From Candidatus Woesearchaeota archaeon (GTDB lineage: Archaea > Nanobdellota > Nanobdellia > Woesearchaeales > WAPJ01), in NCBI GenBank assembly GCA_047602885.1, contig JBLKOQ010000002.1, positions 5,464 through 69,463 of the forward strand: a DNA stretch of 64,000 nucleotides. The letters are read 5' to 3'. Below, piece by piece: positions 27,503-37,573 of this stretch. The notes below the pieces were generated by a model. The model was not told the origin of the DNA. It searched no databases and saw only the letters and a program-made list of their open reading frames with translations. Within the stretch, counting starts at the first letter, position 1. The number at the start of each line of letters is the position of its first letter. Both the position numbers and the translations under genes were made by a program.

Positions 27503-29482
27503 ATGGCATTGTCCAAGAAAGTGTCTAAAGTGACTAAGACCAAGTCCAAGCCTGCTCAGGAGAAGAAGAAAGAGTCAGAATACTCTTTTGAAACAACAGC
27601 AGACCTTCCAGTATCTAATAAGATAGTAGAACAGGTAGTAGGACAAGAGCACGCTGTAGAGGTTATAAAGAAGGCTGCCAAGCAGAGGCGTCACGTCCTA
27701 TTGATAGGAGAGCCTGGTACAGGAAAAAGTATGCTGGGACTCGCATTAGCAGAATTATTGCCTAACGAGAACCTTGTAGACATACTATCCTATCCTAACC
27801 CTAATGATGATAACCAACCAATAATTAGGACTGCTCCTAGGGGCAAGAGCAGGGAGATGATACAAAAAGCCCGTATAGAGAATACTGGGAGCATGTTCAG
27901 GGGCAACTATTGGATTATGATACTCTTATTCATACTCTCTATAGTCGCACCATGGTATGCCTTTAATTATTACGGATACAGAATAGAAGGCGCGTCATTA
28001 TTGTTGGGTGGCATAATGTTCTTTGCATTCTTTATAGGGAGCATGTTCTTCATCTTATTATTTATAGTGATGATGAACCTTTCCAAGCGCTTCGAGGCAA
28101 AAGTATTGGTTCCTAAAATTATTGTAGATAATACTAGTAGAGAGCAAGCACCTTTCCTGGATGCTACGGGTAGTCATGCAGGAGCACTATTGGGGGATGT
28201 ATTGCATGATCCTTTCCAGTCAGGAGGTCTAGGTACTCCTCCCCATGAGAGAGTGGTTGCTGGGATGATACACAAGTCTCATCTCGGAGTATTGTTTATT
28301 GACGAAATATCTACTTTGCATCCTGCTACTCAGCAGGAATTGTTGACTGCAATGCAGGAAGGAAAGTCTCCTATTACCGGTCAGAGCGAGAGGTCTGCAG
28401 GAGCCATGGTTAGGACTGAGCCTGTCCCTTGCAAGTTCGTACTGGTAGCAGCAGGCAATTATGATACTATTAGGATGATGCATCCCGCTCTCCGATCCAG
28501 AATTAGGGGTTATGGTTATGAGGTTCATATGAATGATACTATGCCTGATAATCCTGAGAATAGGCGAAAACTCGCATTGTTTGTAAGCCAAGAAGTTACT
28601 AAGGACGGCAAAATACCACATTTTAGTTTTGATGCTGTAGAAAGAATAGTAGATGAGGCTAAGATGAGGGCCGGAAGAAAAGGACACTTAACACTGCGTT
28701 TAAGAGAGCTTGGAGGGATAATACGAGCTGCTGGTGATATGGCGTTAGAAGAGAATGCTAAGATAGTACTGCCTAAGCATATTGATAAAGCTAAGGGCAT
28801 TGCTAGGACTCTAGAACAGCAAATAGCAGACAAGTATATTGAACAGAAAAAAGAGTATGATGTTATAGTAACCAAAGGTTTGCGTGTAGGAAGGGTTAAT
28901 GGCCTAGCAGTAATAGGAGCTGGCTCTGCATTTTCTGGGATAATACTTCCTATAGAAGCCGAGGTTACTCCCGGAGGAAAGGACAGCAAGATTACTGCTA
29001 CCGGTAAGCTAGGTGATATTGCTAAAGAAGCTGTTATTAATGTGTCTGCTATTATCAAAAAATATTTTGGTGAGGATATTAAGGAGAAGTATGACTTGTA
29101 TGTACAGTTCTTGCAGACCCATGAGGGTGTAGAGGGTGATAGCGCTTCTATAGCCGTTGCTACTGCTATTATCAGCAGTCTCAAGGACATTTCTATCAGA
29201 CAGGATTATGCTATGACAGGCTCTCTTAGCGTTAGAGGAGAAGTATTGCCTGTAGGAGGCGTTTCGGCAAAGGTCGAGGCTGCTATTAACGCTGAACTCT
29301 CAGCTGTTATAGTACCCAAAACTAACATGAACGATATTGTGATTCCTAAAGAAAGATTATCCAAGATTAAGGTTATACCAGTAGATAATATCAGCCAGGT
29401 TTTAGAGCATGCTATGGACTGGTCTTCCAATAAAAGTATACTAAGAAAGATAAAAAAACATAGTAATATAAGCATCAAATAG
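27503..29482 (+). CDS. lonB: archaeal membrane-bound Lon protease (LonB)
   Basis: GEPGTGKS Walker A, inserted TM helices, C-terminal S16 domain with GDSAS active-site serine. Confidence 0.9.
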   Translation: MALSKKVSKVTKTKSKPAQEKKKESEYSFETTADLPVSNKIVEQVVGQEHAVEVIKKAAKQRRHVLLIGEPGTGKSMLGLALAELLPNENLVDILSYPNPNDDNQPIIRTAPRGKSREMIQKARIENTGSMFRGNYWIMILLFILSIVAPWYAFNYYGYRIEGASLLLGGIMFFAFFIGSMFFILLFIVMMNLSKRFEAKVLVPKIIVDNTSREQAPFLDATGSHAGALLGDVLHDPFQSGGLGTPPHERVVAGMIHKSHLGVLFIDEISTLHPATQQELLTAMQEGKSPITGQSERSAGAMVRTEPVPCKFVLVAAGNYDTIRMMHPALRSRIRGYGYEVHMNDTMPDNPENRRKLALFVSQEVTKDGKIPHFSFDAVERIVDEAKMRAGRKGHLTLRLRELGGIIRAAGDMALEENAKIVLPKHIDKAKGIARTLEQQIADKYIEQKKEYDVIVTKGLRVGRVNGLAVIGAGSAFSGIILPIEAEVTPGGKDSKITATGKLGDIAKEAVINVSAIIKKYFGEDIKEKYDLYVQFLQTHEGVEGDSASIAVATAIISSLKDISIRQDYAMTGSLSVRGEVLPVGGVSAKVEAAINAELSAVIVPKTNMNDIVIPKERLSKIKVIPVDNISQVLEHAMDWSSNKSILRKIKKHSNISIK

Positions 29483-29548
29483 TGACGAAAAAAGATAATT
29501 TTATAAACTAGTCCTTTATTGTTTATGTTAATAATTAGAGGTGGTATA

Positions 29549-30223
29549 ATGTCGTGGAATCAATTTTTCGGAGATTTGTTTCTTAATGTGTTGCCTGAGC
29601 TCTTGTTTAACGTCCTGATAGGATTGCTCATAATATTCTTGGGTATTGCCCTGGGATTTTTGGCTAAGAAGATTACTATGGGACTGCTTAAAGGCCTTAA
29701 GTTCGAAAAACTTATGGAACAGGTCAAGCTAAGCCATGCTTTTGGCAGTATTAGCGTTAGCGAAGTATTAGCTGACATATTGGAGGCTGTAGTAATCATT
29801 GCATTCCTCGCTCAGGGTCTGGATCAGATGGGACTATACTTATTGTCAGGCGCATTAACCTCTCTATTAGGATGGGTGCCTATGCTCCTTGCAGGATTGT
29901 TAATGCTAGCAGTATTCTACATACTGGCCAAGTATGTAGAATCGCGCATACAAGCATCCAATCTTGGCAATGCGGACAACATAGCAAAATATACGTTTGC
30001 AGCTATTATAGTAATAGGAGCTGTAGTGAGCCTAAGACAGGCAGGTCTTAACACTGCTTTCATAGAACAAGCATTATTGATAGTCGTGTTTGGATTTGCA
30101 TTGGCTTTCGCTCTTGCTGTAGGAATATCTATGGGACTAGGGCTTAAAGGAGATGCAAAGAAACTGGTAAGCAAGACTACAAAGCCTGCCACCAGAAAAA
30201 AGGCTAAGAGAAAGAAGAAATAA
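29549..30223 (+). CDS. membrane protein with two conserved-TM-helix repeats and a Lys-rich C-tail
   Basis: Two ~100-aa TM repeats; C-terminal KPATRKKAKRKKK. ATG follows a GAGGTGGT. Confidence 0.45.
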   Translation: MSWNQFFGDLFLNVLPELLFNVLIGLLIIFLGIALGFLAKKITMGLLKGLKFEKLMEQVKLSHAFGSISVSEVLADILEAVVIIAFLAQGLDQMGLYLLSGALTSLLGWVPMLLAGLLMLAVFYILAKYVESRIQASNLGNADNIAKYTFAAIIVIGAVVSLRQAGLNTAFIEQALLIVVFGFALAFALAVGISMGLGLKGDAKKLVSKTTKPATRKKAKRKKK

Positions 30224-30286
30224 TGACAGGGGCCTGATAGTTTGGAACTGCCAGATATTGGTTATTTAAGAGAGAAAAAGCCTAGG

Positions 30287-30955
30287 ATGCTCCTAGGTTT
30301 TCCGGGTTTTGGCATGGCCGGGAGCATCGCTTTGCAATACTTTATTGAGAATGCAAATGTGGAGTTTAAGGGTCGATTGGACTTTGAGGCTCCACAATTC
30401 TCTTTTATTGCAGTGCATGAAGGCAACATAGTATGGCCAGTATCACTATATTATGCTAATGAGCAGAACGTACTATTGGTACATTCCTTGGTTCCTCTTG
30501 CAGGTGCAGAAAAAGAGCTGTATGATAGCATATCTTCTATAGTAAAGACTGTTGATTCTGATATGATAATACTGCTTGAGAGCATAGCGTCTCCCGATAA
30601 TATGTCTCATAAGGTTTATTATCATACTGTAAGGCAGGAATGGAAGGATTTGGCTAACAGCAAGGGATACGACAGCCTGCAGGAAGGCATTATTATAGGA
30701 ATGTCAAGCAGGATACTGGCCGGCTTTGAGGATAATACTTTTGGAATATTCTGCGAGGCCAATATTGACATGCCCGACTCGGAAGCTGCAGCTGCTCTTA
30801 TCAAGGCGCTCGACGACATTTGGGGCTTTAATGTTGATTATGAGAAGCTAAAGGCTGTAAGCACTGCTTTCGAGGAGAAGCTCAAGACGATAGCCAGGAA
30901 GAGCAAGAACGCCCAGACTCTCAAGCAGAAGAACCAGATGTTCTATGTTGGATAG
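30287..30955 (+). CDS. PAC2-family proteasome assembly chaperone-like protein
   Basis: N-terminal LLGFPGFGMAGS matches the PAC2 GFPGxGxVG motif. Confidence 0.5.
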   Translation: MLLGFPGFGMAGSIALQYFIENANVEFKGRLDFEAPQFSFIAVHEGNIVWPVSLYYANEQNVLLVHSLVPLAGAEKELYDSISSIVKTVDSDMIILLESIASPDNMSHKVYYHTVRQEWKDLANSKGYDSLQEGIIIGMSSRILAGFEDNTFGIFCEANIDMPDSEAAAALIKALDDIWGFNVDYEKLKAVSTAFEEKLKTIARKSKNAQTLKQKNQMFYVG

Positions 30956-31152
30956 CAACAAAAAAAATTAGGATTAATATTATTAATCATTGCTAATAAT
31001 TATTTGGCTTATTATAATTAATATATATGCACATTGCTTGATATATATTAGCATAATATTATCACAATATATGAGTATATCTATATATTTACTAGCATAT
31101 TTTTATCATATGGTAATAATGTTTTTTTTGTAATATAGAACTAAAAGAATTT

Positions 31153-31548
31153 ATGGCTAAACAAGTAACTTTTTTATTGCCCCAAAGCAACCCTATCTAT
31201 ATGGCTATAGACTTTGCTTGCAATACTGTGACTGTAGACGAGCTATTGACATGCAGCTTTAACCTGACTAAAGGAGAACTACTAATATTTACATATTTCA
31301 TGAATAATCCCAAATCATTAACCATTAAGGAAATAGGATCTGCAGTTTCTATGGAAAGAAGCGGAGCCCAAAAAGCTGTAAAGAAACTTGTTGATGCTGG
31401 CTTATTGGAAAAGAGACAGGTGAATAATGAAAGAGGAGGGTTCTATTACAGGTATTATATTGCAGACAAGGAAGATATCAAGAAAAGGATACTTGAACTT
31501 ATAGACTCATGGTCATCCAAGGCAAAAAACGCTGTGCACAATATTTAA
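31153..31548 (+). CDS. winged-helix transcriptional regulator (MarR/TrmB-like)
   Basis: LTIKEIGSAVSMERSGAQKAVKKLVDAGLLEKRQV helix-turn-helix. Confidence 0.5.
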   Translation: MAKQVTFLLPQSNPIYMAIDFACNTVTVDELLTCSFNLTKGELLIFTYFMNNPKSLTIKEIGSAVSMERSGAQKAVKKLVDAGLLEKRQVNNERGGFYYRYYIADKEDIKKRILELIDSWSSKAKNAVHNI

Positions 31549-31681
31549 GCAAAACCTAATTATTCTAATATATTACATAGATTAAATAATACTATCTATG
31601 ACAATAATTTATGCGCACAAAATTAGTATATTGTAATATTGGTCAGCTTATATTCTTTTGTAAAGCCCATATTTTCATAAT

Positions 31682-31783
31682 AATCAACAACCCCGCCCTA
31701 AAGGGAGCGATATGTTGGAGTTAATGGTTAAACTGCTATCGGACTAAAGACCGAAGTATGTACCCCGCCCATTAACAATCAAA
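31682..31783 (+). repeat. ~103-nt conserved interspersed element, copy 1 (family B)
   Basis: About 92% identical to 49176-49278 and 59691-59793; flanks unrelated. Confidence 0.6.
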
Positions 31784-31982
31784 GCAAAATCTTCTATGAG
31801 TGTCCTAAGAACATCATTATTAATGACAAAAAAACGGCTAAAACAACATAAAAAACCATTAAATTGCTTCGCATAATGAACCTTATGCGAAATATAGTTA
31901 ATATGTGCATACAGCATTTATAAATGAAGTGTTATTTTGCTATATTTTGATAGTTTAGGCCGGCCCTTTTATAATAAAAATA

Positions 31983-33236
31983 CTATTCTAATAATCCCCT
32001 TGCTCCTAGCGCTTCTGTCATCCGCTTAATAGACAGATACAATGCTGCTTCCCTATGACTAACTTTTAGTTGGCTTCTTGTACGTTCAACTTCGTCATAT
32101 GCTCTTAGCATCTTTTCTTTTAGAGTATCATTAACTCTTTGTTCATCCCACCTTAATCCATATCTTCCCTGCACCCATTCAAAATAGGATACTGTAACTC
32201 CTCCGGCATTAACCAGTATGTCAGGCAATATTATAATATTCTTTTCTAATAATATTGGCTCTGCATCCTCCTTGGTAGGTCCATTGGCTATTTCGAGTAT
32301 TAATGATGCCTTAACAGTCTTGGCCCGTTTAGGGGTAATACTGTTTTCGAGAGCTGCAGGCACCAGTATATCGCATTCAAGTCCAAACAATTCATCATGA
32401 GTTATAACTTTTGTATCATCGTATCCTGCAAGAGTCTTGTTCTTTTGCTTGTGTTCTGATACTTTATTAACATCTATTCCATTAACATCATATAGTGCTG
32501 TAGTGCTGTCAGATACTCCTATAATGCTGTATCCTCTCTTATCCAATAATAGTGCAGCGTTCATACCCGCATTCCCAAAGCCTTCTATTACCACTCTCTT
32601 GCCTATATGACTGTTCTCTTCTACGGCTTTTTCCAATACATATACTGCTCCCAGGCTTGTTGCTATCTCTCTTCCTAGGGATCCTCCTAAGGCTAATGAT
32701 TTGCCTGTAATCATTCCTTTCTCATGGTTTCCTGTCAGTTTTTCGTACTCGTCAAGCATAATATCCATTATTCTACTGTTAGTGCCAACATCTGGAGCTG
32801 GAATATCGCTTGACTCCCCCAATATCTTGTGGAATGCCCTGATATATTCTCTTGATACCTTGTTTATGTCCTCGTCGTCATACTTTTTGGTGTTGATTAT
32901 TACTCCTCCTTTTCCTCCTCCGTAAGGAATGTCTATTAATGTGCATTTAAGCGTCATTAGTGCGCTTAGCAGTACTACTTCATCTTCAGTTACAGTATGA
33001 TGGTATCTTATTCCTCCTTTGGACGGGCCTCTTGCATGGCTGTGCTGGCTCCTGTAGGCTGTGAATGTTTCTATGCCTTTTTTTGTTCTTACTATGAGCT
33101 CTGCAGTATACAGTTTTTCGGGCCTCGAGAGTATTTTTCCTGCCTCTTTTGGCAAGCCGTGCTTGTCTATGATGCTGTTAATAGTGTGCCTGTAATTTGA
33201 TAGTGTTCCCATGATTTGTTGTAACTCACAGTACAT
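31983..33236 (-). CDS. gdhA: glutamate dehydrogenase
   Basis: GGGKGG, full-length Glu/Leu/Phe/Val dehydrogenase architecture. Confidence 0.9.
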   Translation of the reverse strand: MYCELQQIMGTLSNYRHTINSIIDKHGLPKEAGKILSRPEKLYTAELIVRTKKGIETFTAYRSQHSHARGPSKGGIRYHHTVTEDEVVLLSALMTLKCTLIDIPYGGGKGGVIINTKKYDDEDINKVSREYIRAFHKILGESSDIPAPDVGTNSRIMDIMLDEYEKLTGNHEKGMITGKSLALGGSLGREIATSLGAVYVLEKAVEENSHIGKRVVIEGFGNAGMNAALLLDKRGYSIIGVSDSTTALYDVNGIDVNKVSEHKQKNKTLAGYDDTKVITHDELFGLECDILVPAALENSITPKRAKTVKASLILEIANGPTKEDAEPILLEKNIIILPDILVNAGGVTVSYFEWVQGRYGLRWDEQRVNDTLKEKMLRAYDEVERTRSQLKVSHREAALYLSIKRMTEALGARGLLE

Positions 33237-33291
33237 GATAAATATATCTTTTTTTGATAAGGTTTATTATTCATAGCATTATTCTTTGGTT

Positions 33292-34089
33292 ATGGAAGAA
33301 TTAGAAAAGGTGGGTATTGAGATGCGACTTAGAGGATTCTCACCTAAAACTATCGACAGTTATATGCGCTATAATAAGGCTTTCTTGTCATATACTAATA
33401 TTGCTAGTGAGGATACGATTAAGGCTTTTCTTGCGGATGCTTTATCTAAAGGGAAGAGCGCGAGGACTGTGGCTCTCATGAGGTCCGCACTATTATTTTA
33501 TTATAATGATATTATGAAGATGAAAATGGATATTCCCTCACCTAAGATAGAAAAGAGTCTGCCCCCAGTATTGACTGTAAGGGAAATTGAGCTTCTTTTC
33601 GGGAGTGCGGGTAGCAAGAAGAGCGCTCTAATAATGAAAACATTATACAGTACTGGGATTAGAGTGTCTGAGCTTTGTAACCTAAAAAGAGACGATATTG
33701 ATTCTGATAATGGCTTTCTTACTGTTAGGATGGGCAAGGGAAAAAAAGCCAGAAGAACAGTCATAGACAAGAACTTAGCGTCACTATTGCTGGATATGGC
33801 TAATGAAGGTCATATTTTTTCTGCGAATAATGGCTCTAGACCGACTGAGAGGAGCATACAAATGATACTCGCAAGTGCCAGGAAAAGGTCTGGAATAACA
33901 AAAAAGGTCACTCCTCACACTCTAAGGCATAGTTTTGCCACTCACCTCCTCGAGAACGGCACTAGCATTAGAGTTATACAAGAGCTTTTAGGGCATGAGA
34001 ACCTGCAAACAACCCAGATATACACTCATATCTCTGAGAGAGAACTATCCAAAATTGTTAATCCTCTGTCCATGCTTAAGGAAGATTAG
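33292..34089 (+). CDS. xerA: tyrosine recombinase XerA (XerC/D family)
   Basis: HTLRHSFATHLLENGTSIRVIQELLGHENLQTTQIYTH catalytic R-H-R-Y region. Confidence 0.8.
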   Translation: MEELEKVGIEMRLRGFSPKTIDSYMRYNKAFLSYTNIASEDTIKAFLADALSKGKSARTVALMRSALLFYYNDIMKMKMDIPSPKIEKSLPPVLTVREIELLFGSAGSKKSALIMKTLYSTGIRVSELCNLKRDDIDSDNGFLTVRMGKGKKARRTVIDKNLASLLLDMANEGHIFSANNGSRPTERSIQMILASARKRSGITKKVTPHTLRHSFATHLLENGTSIRVIQELLGHENLQTTQIYTHISERELSKIVNPLSMLKED

Positions 34090-34253
34090 TTATTTACCAT
34101 ATTATAAAAATGTGCTAGAAAGATACTGGCTATGACACAATATATTAATAATAATATGCTAGTAAATATATAGCAATTACAATAAAATATAAGCATAAAT
34201 ATATAATAAACATTAAGCAAATATTAATAAATACTAGCAAGATGTTATTGCTG

Positions 34254-34757
34254 CTAATCCAGAGTCACTATATTGTACTGTACCTGCGTGTGCATGAACT
34301 CCTTGTCGAGCTCCAATAGCACGTTGCCGTTAAGGAAACGCTTTACTACAGGTATGCCCTTCTCGAGCAATGATGATACGAGGTTAGACGAGTAGACCGT
34401 GCTTATGTCCATCTTGTCAGCTATTATTTCATAAGTAGTAAGGCTTTTTTTATGAGTGTTGGACATGAGCAGTGCCAATAGCTCTTCTTCCTCCCTGGAA
34501 AGTATTATGGTAGTAATCTCTTTCTTTTCTGTCATATTACCTCCTCGATAATACTCCATGGATTCCATTCTTTGAGAGATCTTATCTACCTTGTCGTTAA
34601 GCCGTGCCATATACTCATACAACGATCTTAGCTCAGTGTCGTTCTGGTTTATGCTGTCCAAATGGTCGTCTAGCTCTTCTTTAATCTTAGAAAATGCGAC
34701 TTTAAGCTCATCCCTTAATGATTCAACCTTGTCTTCTCCTCTCTTGGCAAAAAGCAC
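34254..34757 (-). CDS. hypothetical protein (coiled-coil N-terminus, HTH-like C-terminus)
   Basis: ORF only; no catalytic motif. Confidence 0.35.
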   Translation of the reverse strand: MLFAKRGEDKVESLRDELKVAFSKIKEELDDHLDSINQNDTELRSLYEYMARLNDKVDKISQRMESMEYYRGGNMTEKKEITTIILSREEEELLALLMSNTHKKSLTTYEIIADKMDISTVYSSNLVSSLLEKGIPVVKRFLNGNVLLELDKEFMHTQVQYNIVTLD

Positions 34758-34822
34758 CTGACCACCTAAGCTGATTGTTCATATGACTATGCTTATATAG
34801 ATATTGGTTTTACAATAGACAT

Positions 34823-35428
34823 ATGGTTTCAAGAAAGTCAATAGCAGTAGAACTCTCAAGACTAAAATCATTGGATTCGCATAAGCTTGAGCTCGAACAG
34901 TATGAGACGGGTTCAGAGATAGCCTCAATACTGTTATGGCATGCTTATATGAGAGGGGATATTAGCAATAAAACGGTAGCAGACCTTGGTGCCGGCAATG
35001 GTATACTGGGCATAGGAGCATTAATGCTAGGAGCAAAACATGTTACTTTTTTAGAAAAAGATATTGACGCTGTCAATATTATGAGTAAGAATCTTAGTGA
35101 GTATGAAGAGGACTGTTATAATGTTATGCACAGTGACATATCTAAATATAACAGCATAGTGGATACTGTTATTATGAACCCTCCTTTTGGAGCGCAAATA
35201 AGGCATGCTGACGCTCCTTTTATTAACGCTGCACTTTCTTATGCTAACAAGTCTTATATTATTATACCTCCAGTATCACTGGATTATTACAAAAAGGCAG
35301 TAGGAGAAACGCATAGTTTAACAGTGCTGGACACTTTAAAGTATAGGATGCCCAAACATTATGATCATCAAAAAAAGATTACAGCCATAATAGAGGTAAT
35401 GATTATTGTTATCAATAAACAATCGTAA
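34823..35428 (+). CDS. SAM-dependent RNA methyltransferase (METTL5-like, NPPF motif)
   Basis: DLGAGNGILG (motif I) and MNPPFG (motif IV). Confidence 0.55.
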   Translation: MVSRKSIAVELSRLKSLDSHKLELEQYETGSEIASILLWHAYMRGDISNKTVADLGAGNGILGIGALMLGAKHVTFLEKDIDAVNIMSKNLSEYEEDCYNVMHSDISKYNSIVDTVIMNPPFGAQIRHADAPFINAALSYANKSYIIIPPVSLDYYKKAVGETHSLTVLDTLKYRMPKHYDHQKKITAIIEVMIIVINKQS

Positions 35429-36695
35429 GATTATATTAAAGAATATTGTATTGCTCTTAGGCATTACCGCTTACGCTTTTGTCATATTATATTATATTCC
35501 TATTATGGGATTATTATTGTTCGTTCCATTATACTATTATTCTATCAAAGCCAAAAACATACTAAGCGCTTTTATATTCGGTGCTTCTTTCGGATTATTG
35601 TATTATGCCACCGGCTTTTATTGGACTCAAGGACACGGATTAATGGTAACTCTATTGGGTTTTATTCTCTTCGGCTTATCTTTTGGCATGTTATCATTAC
35701 TTTCAAGGTATAGTGGAAATAAGTATTTTAAGGGATTATTTTTGATTAGTCTATATTGGCTGTTGCTATGCATTATTATGATGTCAACTACTGTAGGAGC
35801 TTATATGTTCATGTACGGCATATTCACTCCTGCGCCTAGCATACTGGCATACTATGCTGGACTCTTAGGTGTTTCTATTATTGCTATGTTATTCATGTAC
35901 AGCATAGGATTTTATTTATGTTATTACAAAAAACAATCATTGTATGGCACTATCATAATGATGCTCATATTATTGTTGCCCGTACACCTGTTTGTTGGTG
36001 TTCCTGAACCTTTGGGCATAAGAGTTAGTGCATTGCAGGACGATTATGATTATGACTGGGATGATAGGAGACGAGATATTATTGGTGAGACTCAACGGCA
36101 TATTGATATTAGCTCCCAAGCAATAGGCTATACTGATATTATAGTCTGGCCAGAGTTTTCTGTGAATGTAGATATCACTACTGAAGACTATTCTCATGTT
36201 CGAGAATTACTATTGTCTTTTGCAGAGCAAAACAATATTACTATAGTGATAGGAAGCTTATTGTCTGTAGGGGATAAGCATTATAATACTGCTATGATGA
36301 TTACTCCTGAAGGTCTACAACGAGATTATGTTACTAGCATTACACCAATATTCTTTACAGAATATACTATTAGGGGTACAGAACTATCTTATCTGCATTA
36401 TTATCATAATAATGGAATTGTTAGGATAGGAGTATTATTGTGTTATGAAGAATACCATACTGGTGCTAAGAAGGATTATGAGGATATTAACATTCTTTTT
36501 ATGATGACTGATTCGAGTGACCTGAAGTGGGGTAATAATGTAGCTGACCGTTTCGCAGCGTATAGGGCTGTAGAATATCGTGTTCCTGTAGTCAGGAGTG
36601 TTAATGGAGGCACTGCTATGATAGTGCAACCTAACGGCAAAATAGTAGCCAAAGGCAATAGGGGTGACATAACTGTTATTACTGCTATGATATAG
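35406..36695 (+). CDS. Lnt-like membrane carbon-nitrogen hydrolase / apolipoprotein N-acyltransferase homolog
   Basis: Polytopic N-terminal domain plus CN-hydrolase domain with IVWPEFS (Glu), ITPIFFTEYT (compare LVPFGEYVP) and GVLLCYEE (catalytic Cys, CYE as in Lnt). Start uncertain: TTG at 35406 or ATG at 35505. Confidence 0.55.
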   Translation: MLSINNRKIILKNIVLLLGITAYAFVILYYIPIMGLLLFVPLYYYSIKAKNILSAFIFGASFGLLYYATGFYWTQGHGLMVTLLGFILFGLSFGMLSLLSRYSGNKYFKGLFLISLYWLLLCIIMMSTTVGAYMFMYGIFTPAPSILAYYAGLLGVSIIAMLFMYSIGFYLCYYKKQSLYGTIIMMLILLLPVHLFVGVPEPLGIRVSALQDDYDYDWDDRRRDIIGETQRHIDISSQAIGYTDIIVWPEFSVNVDITTEDYSHVRELLLSFAEQNNITIVIGSLLSVGDKHYNTAMMITPEGLQRDYVTSITPIFFTEYTIRGTELSYLHYYHNNGIVRIGVLLCYEEYHTGAKKDYEDINILFMMTDSSDLKWGNNVADRFAAYRAVEYRVPVVRSVNGGTAMIVQPNGKIVAKGNRGDITVITAMI

Positions 36696-36732
36696 CGAAA
36701 CGCTTAATAATAAGAAACGTTCAGGAATAGTT

Positions 36733-37530
36733 ATGCGGGTTCGCAATACGGTAATAGCGGTGCTGGTACTAATGCTTGTTATTAGTTCTGTTATTGTCTT
36801 TGCACGCCCTAAGGATGGTTCTAGCGCACCCAGTTTTTTCCGTGATAAATGGGAGAATACAGCCCATGATATTGCAAGAGAGAACCTGGTAAAAATTGTA
36901 GTAGAAGGAAACGTATTTGATACGCCTCCGGATGATGATCACATTACCAGTCTTAGGATTAGGTTAGGGAAGGCTGAGGAAGGTATATGTGTATGTTCTG
37001 GTGGGGAAGTTGTGGTAAGCGGTTACTATTGTTTTGATGACGAGCATGCCATATGCAATAATGACAATTGTCTTTGTCGTAAGAATACTACTTATTGCAG
37101 AGGAGGCGTAATAGAAAAGCCTGCTGGAGGATGCAGTGCGGACGCAGACCCAGTGTACGATCCCTCTTATCCTGGAACAGGCTATAATGCCTGTTGCATG
37201 CCTGAATCAGTAGGACCACCGCCTGAGAATGGAGGGCCTAGTGATAATTGTCGTGATGATCCCAGCATATGTACCGGTTCAACACCATACTGCAGGTTAT
37301 CTGATGAAACATGTGTTGAATGCAGAAACGATGCAGATTGTGTTAGTGGAAGGCCTCATTGTTCAAATGGAGAATGTAGGTTGTGCCTAACGAACTCTCA
37401 TTGTCCACCAGGATATAAGTGTGAAGATAATACTGGTGATTGTATACCAATAACTTGTGAAGATTATGGACTGCTTACTTGTCCAGATGGCTATCAATGT
37501 GTTGATGAACTATGGAAATGCGCAGAATAG
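36733..37530 (+). CDS. secreted cysteine-rich repeat protein
   Basis: Signal peptide MRVRNTVIAVLVLMLVISSVIVFA; repeated CxxDxDCxxGxxCxxGxC units (for example CRNDADCVSGRPHCSNGEC); more than 30 Cys. Confidence 0.55.
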   Translation: MRVRNTVIAVLVLMLVISSVIVFARPKDGSSAPSFFRDKWENTAHDIARENLVKIVVEGNVFDTPPDDDHITSLRIRLGKAEEGICVCSGGEVVVSGYYCFDDEHAICNNDNCLCRKNTTYCRGGVIEKPAGGCSADADPVYDPSYPGTGYNACCMPESVGPPPENGGPSDNCRDDPSICTGSTPYCRLSDETCVECRNDADCVSGRPHCSNGECRLCLTNSHCPPGYKCEDNTGDCIPITCEDYGLLTCPDGYQCVDELWKCAE

Positions 37531-37573
37531 CCCACCCGTAAGCTTTATAAACACTTCTTTAATCCTTTATGGG

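Noticed and set aside
30956-31152. AT-rich tract with (AT)n runs, considered as a possible replication origin
   Set aside because: No ORB-like repeats and no cdc6/orc1 nearby. More simply it is the promoter region for the MarR-like gene.
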